A stretch of 64,000 nt of DNA from a bacterium (lineage in GTDB: Bacteria; Krumholzibacteriota; Krumholzibacteriia; G020349025), in contig JANLSU010000126.1 in NCBI GenBank assembly GCA_031362565.1, positions 1 to 64,000 on the forward strand. Reading direction: 5' to 3'. The notes under the pieces are model-generated. The model did no database searches. It was not told where the DNA came from and saw only the letters and a program-made list of their open reading frames with translations. Of this stretch, positions 20,214 through 27,797 are shown one piece after another; position 1 is the stretch's first letter, and each line of letters opens with the position of its first letter. Made by a program: the position numbers and the translations under genes.

Positions 20214-20830
20214 AACACGCTCGCAAGTCGCGTCCACGGGCGACGGCTCAGTCCGAGGGCGCGGCCGCAGACGCCTTCATCGCGGAGTCACGCCGGCGGC
20301 TTGGCGGCGAGTATCTGCCGAAGCTGCGCCACGTGCTCCGCGACATCACCCCCGCGGATCTCTGGTGGCGCCCCAACGCGACCTCGAATTCGATCGCCAA
20401 TCTCTTGCTGCATCTGGACGGCAACGTGCGGCAATGGATCGTGGCGGGCGTCGGCGGCGCAGCCGACGGACGCGACCGCGACGCGGAGTTCCTGGCATCC
20501 GGCGGAGCGAGCGCGCGGACGCTCCTCGCACGACTGACCCGGACGCTCCGCGAGGTCGATGCCGTGCTGGCCCGCATCGACCCGGAGACATTGCTCGCGC
20601 CGCGCATCATTCAGGGCTATCACGTCACCGTGCTGCAAGCCGTGTATCACGTGGTTGAACACTTCTCCGGGCACACGGGGCAGATTCTCTACATCGCGAA
20701 ACTGCGTCTGGAGCGCGATCTGGCGCTCTACACACACCTCGACGGCGCTCGACGGCGCAAGGCGGCCGCCACAAGACGGCGCAAGGCGGCGGAGACGCGC
20801 CGCCGGCGGCCACTGCCACGATTCTTCTGA
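20207..20830 (+). CDS. DinB/DUF1572 family protein
   Basis: NSIANLLLHLDGNVRQW, RDRDAEF and HVVEHFSGHTGQI (His triad). Start overlaps the helicase stop. Confidence 0.85.
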   Translation: MVKHARKSRPRATAQSEGAAADAFIAESRRRLGGEYLPKLRHVLRDITPADLWWRPNATSNSIANLLLHLDGNVRQWIVAGVGGAADGRDRDAEFLASGGASARTLLARLTRTLREVDAVLARIDPETLLAPRIIQGYHVTVLQAVYHVVEHFSGHTGQILYIAKLRLERDLALYTHLDGARRRKAAATRRRKAAETRRRRPLPRFF

Positions 20831-20843
20831 CCTGCACAACGCG

Positions 20844-20873
20844 TTGCGACCCCACCGCTGCGCCGCGTAAGAT
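20844..20873 (+). promoter_or_regulatory. Sigma70-type promoter of the ArnT-like gene
   Basis: TTGCGA-N18-TAAGAT. Confidence 0.45.
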
Positions 20874-20933
20874 CGCCGTTCGCGCCGGGGCACGAGGTCC
20901 TGGGCCGAGCCCGGGAACGCGTTACGGAGAACC

Positions 20934-23003
20934 ATGACCGATCGCCGCCGGATCACGCTGCTGACGCTGGGATTGGTCGCACTCGCGCTCGGATTGCGTC
21001 TCTACGGCCTCGGCTGGGGCTTGCCCGCCGTCTACGAAGAAGCTTACCCATTCAAGAAATCCTGGCAGATGTGGGGCTGGGGGCCAACGCACAAGTTCGA
21101 TCCGAACCCGCACTTCTTCAACTATCCGACCCTCTTTTTCTACGTGCAGTTCTTGGGGCAAGCGCTCTTGCTCGCGATCTTGCGCCTGGCCGGCGAAGTG
21201 CATTCGATTCTCGACTACCGGGTGTTGTATGCGCTCGACAAGACGCCGTTCTACCTCCTGGGGCGCGGCATTTCGGCGCTCTTCGGAGCCGCGACGGTGC
21301 TCATCACCTTCGGCCTGGGGAGGCGCGTCGCCGGGACCGCAGCCGGAGTCGCGGCCGCCGTCCTGGTGGCCATCAACCAACCACACATCGCAAAATCGCA
21401 GTTCATCGAAGTCGATGTGCCGATGACGGCCCTCGCGACCCTGTGTGCGCTGTTCGCGGTGCGAATTCTGGAGAAGCCGGCGCGCCGCGTGTATCTGCTA
21501 GCGGGGCTTTTCGGCGGCCTCGCGACGTCGACGAAATACAACGGTGCGCTGCTCTGTTTGCCGATTCTGCTGGCGCACATTTTTGCGGTGTGGCGGCGAC
21601 CCGAAGCGACCGGGCGCTCCAAGCCGTCGCCGGCTCCGACGCGGCCGCAAACCTGGCGATGGTTCGTGGAAGCGGCGGTCGTGTTCGCGGCCGCATTCGC
21701 GATCACTTCGCCGTACATCCTGCTCGACCGGGCTAATTTCTGGACCGGGTTCAACTATGAACGACTGCACATGCAGATCGGGCACTTCGGGCTCGACGAC
21801 ACGCCGGCATTTCTCTTCTATATGCGGGTTTTTTCCGGCAACTTGTTGGGTTGGCCTTTCGCACTCCTGGCGCTCGCCGGCTTCGTATGGTTGGTGGCCA
21901 TCAAGCGGCGTCCTTGGGCGGCGGTACTGGCGATCTTTCCAATTGTCTACATCGGGCTCATCAGCTCATGGTCGATGAAGGCCGAGCGGTACATGCTGCC
22001 TGTCTTGCCGGTCGCCGCGGTATTCGCGGCGGCTTTTGTCGCCGAACAGGTCGAGCGTTTGCGCGCCCGCCGCGCCGCACTGCCCGCCACCATGCTGGGG
22101 CTCGCGACAATTGCGATGGCGATCCCCTCGCTCGCCGCATACCAACGCGACCTGATACGCCTGCGCGGCGATACGCGCACACTCGCCAAGGACTGGATCG
22201 AGAAGAACGTCCCAGCAGCGTCGTTCATCCTCGAAGAGCCGTATGGCCCTGAGCCGCTCGGCGTCATCGATCTGCAGATGCTGGACGAAGACGTGCGAAC
22301 CCGCATTCGCAAGGAACGGCCGGAGACGCGCGTGTACGCGATTCAAACCATGCCCATGTACCAGGTGCGCCCCGAAAACTCGGCGATCTTTTATCAGCTG
22401 GGGTTGTACGACGAGGTTGTCGATTGCATCGTGACGAGCAGTTCCGTCGTTTCCCGCTACCGCAAGAATCCCGCCCTGTTCCAGGCCCAGAATGCCTTCT
22501 ACGACAGCTTGGCTCTGCGCTGGACGAAGGCCAAGGAATTCGGGCCCGAAGACGGTAGCGGGCCGCGCATCGTCATCTATCGCAATCCACATGGCCTCGA
22601 ACCGTTCGGGAAACGGCGCTCTACGGCATTCCCGCCGATGCCAGCAATCGTTCCCGACGCGCTTCCAGGTGCCTTCTCGGCTTTTTTCGATCGTCAAGGG
22701 TTCCTGTTCGAGAGCTTCGGATACCAAGACGGCGCGACCGCCCTGTACTTACACGGCCTGCGATACGATGACCAGCCGCCCGAGGCAGTACGGCCTTTGG
22801 TGTTGGGCGCGATTCGCACCTCGTTGGCGGCGGGGCGCCAGCAGCAAGCCCTGGCCATTCTGGAGCAGGCGGAGAAGCAGCAAGTCGGTGGCCCGGCGGC
22901 GTATTGGCGGCAACTGCGGGCGCAATTCACCGCTGCCGCACCGCGCGACTCGACGCACGGCGCGGCGCGGCGCGATTCGACCCCGGCCGGCACGGCGCAC
23001 TGA
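20934..23003 (+). CDS. ArnT/PMT-family (GT-C) integral membrane glycosyltransferase
   Basis: GGAGA RBS. LRLYGLGWGLP..YEE, NPHFFNYP, GLATSTKY and ERYMLPVLP motifs, many TM segments and a periplasmic C-terminal domain. Confidence 0.85.
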   Translation: MTDRRRITLLTLGLVALALGLRLYGLGWGLPAVYEEAYPFKKSWQMWGWGPTHKFDPNPHFFNYPTLFFYVQFLGQALLLAILRLAGEVHSILDYRVLYALDKTPFYLLGRGISALFGAATVLITFGLGRRVAGTAAGVAAAVLVAINQPHIAKSQFIEVDVPMTALATLCALFAVRILEKPARRVYLLAGLFGGLATSTKYNGALLCLPILLAHIFAVWRRPEATGRSKPSPAPTRPQTWRWFVEAAVVFAAAFAITSPYILLDRANFWTGFNYERLHMQIGHFGLDDTPAFLFYMRVFSGNLLGWPFALLALAGFVWLVAIKRRPWAAVLAIFPIVYIGLISSWSMKAERYMLPVLPVAAVFAAAFVAEQVERLRARRAALPATMLGLATIAMAIPSLAAYQRDLIRLRGDTRTLAKDWIEKNVPAASFILEEPYGPEPLGVIDLQMLDEDVRTRIRKERPETRVYAIQTMPMYQVRPENSAIFYQLGLYDEVVDCIVTSSSVVSRYRKNPALFQAQNAFYDSLALRWTKAKEFGPEDGSGPRIVIYRNPHGLEPFGKRRSTAFPPMPAIVPDALPGAFSAFFDRQGFLFESFGYQDGATALYLHGLRYDDQPPEAVRPLVLGAIRTSLAAGRQQQALAILEQAEKQQVGGPAAYWRQLRAQFTAAAPRDSTHGAARRDSTPAGTAH

Positions 23004-23025
23004 CACCCAAGGGGGAGGATCGAAC

Positions 23026-24198
23026 GTGCAACGAGTGGGTTTGGCGGCCGCCTTCGCCGCGTGTATTCCGGCGCTGTGGCTTGGGCTCGGCGGCGTCCAC
23101 CTGACACCGCCGGTCGAGGCCCTGTGGTTCGGTTTCAGCATCTTCGGCGCTGCCTTCATTCTATCGTGGGCGGCCGAGGCGGCGCAGATGGACATGTCGC
23201 AGGCGCTCGCGACGGCAATCTTGGCACTGATTTGCGTGCTGCCCGAATACGCGGTCGATATGTATTTTTCGTATCATGCGGCATCCGACCCGCAGTACGC
23301 ACAATACGCCGCCGCCAACATGACCGGCGCCAACCGGCTGGTCATCGGACTCGCGTGGCCCGCCGTTTTCCTGATCTACTTCCTGCGCTCCCGCGGCAAG
23401 CCGATCACGCTCGAGCCCGGACGCCGCAATGAAGTCGTTTTTTTATTCCTCGCAACGCTGTATTCGTTCGTGCCGCCGTTACTGCACAAATCGCTCGGCC
23501 TCATGGACACCGCAGTGTTCTTGCTTATTTTCGCGGGCTATGCCTGGCGCGTGTCGCAGGCCGAATCGCACGAGCCCGAACTGGTCGGGCCCGCGCGGCT
23601 CGTGGGATCACTGCCGCAGACGCACCGGCGCTTGGCGACATTGGGCATGTTCCTGGTGGCGGGACTCGTCATCTTTGTTTCGGCGCATCGTTTCGCCGAA
23701 GCGCTCGTGCATACCGGGCGCCAATGGGGTATCGATGAATTCCTGCTCGTCCAGTGGCTGGCGCCACTCGCATCCGAGGCGCCGGAGTTCATCGTCGCGT
23801 TCTTGTGGGCGTCGCGTGGCGATGCCGCAGCCGGGCTCGGCGCGCTCGTCTCGTCGGCAGTGAATCAATGGACGCTGCTCGTCGGCATGATTCCGATCGC
23901 TTATTCGGTGGGCCTGCGCCATGTGGGTGCATTGCCGCTCGACACTCGTCAACAGCACGAGATTATCCTCACGGCATGCCAGTCGCTCTGTGCCGTCGCC
24001 ATCCTCATCAACTTGCGAATGTCTTGGAAGGGAGCGGTGGTGCTCTTTGGACTCTTTGCATCGCAGCTCGTCGTCGAGCACATTCGCCTGCAAGTGGCCG
24101 CCGTGTACGTGGTGGTGGCCATCGGCATCCTGATCCGCGACCGCCGGCATCTGGGGCCGGCGCTCCGCGGCGTCCTCGGCCGCGCCGGCGCCGCGTAG
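23026..24198 (+). CDS. Sodium:calcium (CaCA family) antiporter
   Basis: GGGGAGG RBS, GTG 23026. Alpha repeats LPEYAVD/ANMTGANR and PLASEAPE/SSAVNQWTLL, about 10 TM helices. Confidence 0.85.
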   Translation: MQRVGLAAAFAACIPALWLGLGGVHLTPPVEALWFGFSIFGAAFILSWAAEAAQMDMSQALATAILALICVLPEYAVDMYFSYHAASDPQYAQYAAANMTGANRLVIGLAWPAVFLIYFLRSRGKPITLEPGRRNEVVFLFLATLYSFVPPLLHKSLGLMDTAVFLLIFAGYAWRVSQAESHEPELVGPARLVGSLPQTHRRLATLGMFLVAGLVIFVSAHRFAEALVHTGRQWGIDEFLLVQWLAPLASEAPEFIVAFLWASRGDAAAGLGALVSSAVNQWTLLVGMIPIAYSVGLRHVGALPLDTRQQHEIILTACQSLCAVAILINLRMSWKGAVVLFGLFASQLVVEHIRLQVAAVYVVVAIGILIRDRRHLGPALRGVLGRAGAA

Positions 24199-24254
24199 AA
24201 CAGACCGCGGCGGCCTCGACCGCAACCGCATTTCATGACTCGACCGGGCCTGTC

Positions 24255-24284
24255 TTGACCGTGACGGCACTCGGGTTCTACCAT
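24255..24284 (+). promoter_or_regulatory. Sigma70-type promoter of the carbamoyltransferase gene
   Basis: TTGACC-N18-TACCAT. Confidence 0.5.
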
Positions 24285-24390
24285 CGTGAGGCCAGCGCCA
24301 GGAGTCATCGGGCGTCGGTGCGCCCTGGGGCGCCGCCTGGCGCCCGCCGCGATTCGCGTCACGCTTCCATCCCGAGACCGGAGATGCACT

Positions 24391-26094
24391 GTGAACGTCC
24401 TTGGAATCCATGACGGCAAGGATGCGGGCGTCGCCCTCGTCGTCGATGGCCGCGTCGTTTTCGCCGCCAACGAAGAGCGCTACTCGCGCCAAAAGATGCA
24501 CTTTGGATTCCCATTCCTGGCGTTGCAGAAGTTGTCTCAATTCACCGGGGTCGAGCCCAAGGACATCGACCATGTGACGGTTGGGTTCGAAGCGATGGTC
24601 GAGAAGTCGGGCGAGGCATACGACTACGAAGCCGAACCGCGCCTGCATCAGAAAGTGTTTTCGGCACTGACGCGCACGCTCGGCGGTGTCATGGACACGC
24701 GGGCTGCGACCTATGGCGCGCTCCAGGTTCTCAAATTCATGAGCCAGAACAAAGTGGAGCTGAAGCAGAACCTCAGCAATCGCGGCATCGAGGCGCCGGT
24801 CCACTTCTTCAATCATCACCTGACCCACGCGGCGTCGGCGTATTACACCTCGGGACACGAAGAAGCACTCATCATCACGTCCGACGGCGGCGGCGACGCG
24901 ATTTCGGGCGGCATCTATGTTGCACGTGACGGCCGCATCGAGAACAAGAGCACGTTCTCCAAACTCAACTCGGCCGGCATCTTCTGGGAGATCATCACGC
25001 AGCTCTGCGGCTTCAATCCCGAACGCCACGGCGGCAAGATCACCGGTCTCGCAGCGTATGCCGACGGCGAAGAGGCCTATAAGATCCTGAGCCAGATCTA
25101 TGGCTACAACCCGCGTACCGGCGGGATGGAGAACTTCAAGAAGCTGGCATTCCGCGACGCGTTCGAGTTCGTACGGTCCAAGGCCGGGCATCTCGGGATC
25201 GAGGAGCTGTCGAGCGGCGCGCAACGCTTGCTCGAAGAGACGTTCGTGCAGACCGTGCGTGATGCCTTCGCGCGCTACCCGGTGCCACATGTGCTCTTGG
25301 CCGGCGGCACGTTCGCCAATGTGCGCTTGAATCAGAAGATTCTCGAAGTGCCGGGCATCGAGAGCGTGTACGTGCATCCGCACATGGGTGACGGCGGCAT
25401 GGCGGTGGGCAGCGCGCTGGTGTTTGCCGCGCAGCAGGGACACACGCATCCGCACGAACTGAGCGACGTGTACTGGGGCGACGACTGGAGCGACACGGCC
25501 ATCCGCGCCGAATTGGAGCGGGCCCACGGACTGACCTGGCGGCGCCTCGACGACCCATCGGACGCAATTGCCGACGCCATGGCGAGCAAGAAGATCGTCG
25601 GGATCTTCCAAGGACGGATGGAATACGGGCCGCGCGCCCTCGGACACCGCAGCATCCTGGCGGAGCCCACCGACCCGACGATGATGGACTGGCTGAACAA
25701 ACGCTTGTGCCGGACGGAATTCATGCCGTTCGCGCCGATCATCGTCGAAGAAGAGGCGCCGCTCTTCTTCAACAATTTTAGTGCGTCGGAGTATGCCTCG
25801 CGCTTCATGACGATCTGCGTCGATTGCACGCCGCTCTGCAAAGAGAAGGCGCCGGGCGTCGTGCACAAGGACGGCACGGCGCGTCCGCAGTCGGTGCGCG
25901 CCACGACCGAGCCCTACATCCACAAGGCCCTGCGTGCGTATCAGAGGAAGACCGGCTTGCCGCTCGCGATCAACACGAGCTTCAACAAGCACGAAGAGCC
26001 CATTGTCGGCAGCCCCGCCGATGCGATCAGCGAGCTCAAGCGCAACGGCGTGGACGTGCTCTTCCTCGAGAATTACGAAGTGACGGTCGGGTAG
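24391..26094 (+). CDS. Carbamoyltransferase (NodU/CmcH family)
   Basis: GGAG RBS, GTG 24391. EERYSRQK, HHLTHAASAY, DGGGD, AGGTFANV, EYGPRALGHRSIL, FMPFAP and NTSFNKHEEPIV. Confidence 0.93.
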   Translation: MNVLGIHDGKDAGVALVVDGRVVFAANEERYSRQKMHFGFPFLALQKLSQFTGVEPKDIDHVTVGFEAMVEKSGEAYDYEAEPRLHQKVFSALTRTLGGVMDTRAATYGALQVLKFMSQNKVELKQNLSNRGIEAPVHFFNHHLTHAASAYYTSGHEEALIITSDGGGDAISGGIYVARDGRIENKSTFSKLNSAGIFWEIITQLCGFNPERHGGKITGLAAYADGEEAYKILSQIYGYNPRTGGMENFKKLAFRDAFEFVRSKAGHLGIEELSSGAQRLLEETFVQTVRDAFARYPVPHVLLAGGTFANVRLNQKILEVPGIESVYVHPHMGDGGMAVGSALVFAAQQGHTHPHELSDVYWGDDWSDTAIRAELERAHGLTWRRLDDPSDAIADAMASKKIVGIFQGRMEYGPRALGHRSILAEPTDPTMMDWLNKRLCRTEFMPFAPIIVEEEAPLFFNNFSASEYASRFMTICVDCTPLCKEKAPGVVHKDGTARPQSVRATTEPYIHKALRAYQRKTGLPLAINTSFNKHEEPIVGSPADAISELKRNGVDVLFLENYEVTVG

Positions 26095-26174
26095 GGCTTG
26101 GACGCGGGTCGGCGCTCGCGGGGCGCGGCAAGACGGGCCGCGCCCCGACCGCAACGCCCCCGCCGGAGCGTTGC

Positions 26175-27584
26175 ATGCGGCGACTCGACGATCACTTTCG
26201 CGCCGGCTTCCCTGCCCTTGCCGCCGCGCACGGTCCAAATTCAATCGCTTCGGAACCGCTCGCTGCGGACCCGGCGGTCACTGCACCCGCAGCGGTCACT
26301 GCACCCCCAGCGGTCGCCGCGCCCCCAACGGTAGCCGCGGAGGTCGATGGCGCGCGCCCCGCGCTTCGGCGCGGGCAGTTTCGTGGCGTGCCGGTCTGGT
26401 TTCACGCCGTGGAGTCACCGGGTGCGCGGGCCGCTGCCTCTCCACGCACCGACGACGGCGAGCCGTTCGGCGCCGACGATGCGATCGCCTGTGTACAGTT
26501 CGAGCACTATGTGGCGAATGGCGCCGGGCCGGTGGCGAGCGACGAGCGGCGCCTCAAGTCGCTCTACTACATGCTCAAGCCGCTCCTGCCACGTGGACTG
26601 CAGCTCGAGTTGCAGCGCGTCAACGCGCGCCGGCGCTTGGATGCGGTGAAGTTTCCGCGCTGGCCGCAAGACGGCACGCTGGACGAATTGCTCGCCGCGT
26701 TGCTCGCGCAGCAAATGGAAGCCGCCGGTGTCGATTCCGTGCCATTCGTCGGCTTCTGGCCACATGGCAAACGCTGGGCTTGGTGCTTGACGCACGATGT
26801 GGACACGGCGTTGGGCTACGACAATTTGGAACCGCTGGCGCAGGCCGAGGAATCGCGCCGCTTGCGATCGGCATGGTACTTCGTGCCGGAGCGCTATCGA
26901 GTCGAGCGGGCGCGACTGGAGGATATACGCCAACGCGGCCACGAGATCGGCGTGCACGGCCTGCAACACTCGGGAAAACTGTTCTCGAGCCGGCAGGAAT
27001 TTGAATCGCGGCGCGACCGCATCAATGGTTACATTCGGGACTGGGGCGTGGTGGGATTTCGCTCCCCGGCCACCTACCGCAATCCATTTTGGCTGCCGGA
27101 ACTCGACGCCGACTACGACACCTCATTCATGGACAACGCGACGCTCGAGCCCCAGCGTGGTGGGATATGCGGCGTGTTTCCGTTCATGTTGAGTGAGCGC
27201 ATGGTGGAATTGCCGATCACGCTGCCCATGGACCATACACTGATCAACGTTCTGCGACAGGATGTCGTGGAGGCCTGCACCGCCAAGGCCGCCTGGGTGC
27301 GGTCACAACACGGTCTGGCGCTGTCGCTCTTTCATCCCGACTACAACACCACGCCGGAACGCGCGGCGCGTTACGGCGCAGTGCTCGACGCCCTGGGTGC
27401 CGACGACACGGGTTGGTACAGTCTGCCGCACGAAGTGGCCGCGTGGTGGCAGCGCCGGCGGCGTTCGTCGATCGTGCGCACCGCGAGCGGTTTGCGCGTC
27501 GAAGGCCCGGCGGCCGCAGAAGCCAGCATTTGGCAAGCGTACTTGGCGGGCGGACGGGTTCGGATCGAACCGGCGACGTTGTGA
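26175..27584 (+). CDS. Polysaccharide deacetylase-like protein
   Basis: LTHDVD, HEIGVHG..H, GFRSP and FHPDY motifs. Start uncertain. Confidence 0.8.
   Translation: MRRLDDHFRAGFPALAAAHGPNSIASEPLAADPAVTAPAAVTAPPAVAAPPTVAAEVDGARPALRRGQFRGVPVWFHAVESPGARAAASPRTDDGEPFGADDAIACVQFEHYVANGAGPVASDERRLKSLYYMLKPLLPRGLQLELQRVNARRRLDAVKFPRWPQDGTLDELLAALLAQQMEAAGVDSVPFVGFWPHGKRWAWCLTHDVDTALGYDNLEPLAQAEESRRLRSAWYFVPERYRVERARLEDIRQRGHEIGVHGLQHSGKLFSSRQEFESRRDRINGYIRDWGVVGFRSPATYRNPFWLPELDADYDTSFMDNATLEPQRGGICGVFPFMLSERMVELPITLPMDHTLINVLRQDVVEACTAKAAWVRSQHGLALSLFHPDYNTTPERAARYGAVLDALGADDTGWYSLPHEVAAWWQRRRRSSIVRTASGLRVEGPAAAEASIWQAYLAGGRVRIEPATL
26271..26333 (+). repeat. Imperfect 18-bp tandem repeat (about 3.5 copies) encoding PAVTAP/AAVTAP
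   Basis: GCGGTCACTGCACCC recurs at 18-nt spacing in the N-terminal linker of the deacetylase. Confidence 0.6.
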
Positions 27585-27740
27585 GGGCGAGCGCGCTGCG
27601 CCCGAAAGCTCGCGGTTCACCGTGCCACCACCGGCCCTTCGCGCACTGCGGCTCGAGGACCTGGCGCAGACTGCCGAGCACTTGGTGCGGCCGCGAAGCC
27701 CCCGAGAACATGTCGCCCGCGAAAAACTTCGCTCGATCTC

Positions 27741-27769
27741 TTGACAGGTTTTTATTTGTCTTGTATCTT
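27741..27769 (+). promoter_or_regulatory. Near-consensus sigma70 promoter of the HNH gene
   Basis: TTGACA-N17-TATCTT with an unusually AT-rich spacer (GGTTTTTATTTGTCTTG). Confidence 0.7.
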
Positions 27770-27797
27770 CAGATCGTGATTTGAGGCCCGCGACTCC

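Noticed and set aside
20751..20800. 24-bp duplication (RRRKAAAT/RRRKAAET) at the end of the DinB gene, and a similar 27-bp one at the end of the ArnT-like gene
   Set aside because: Two-copy slippage repeats in low-complexity tails with no spacer structure, so not CRISPR or a functional array.
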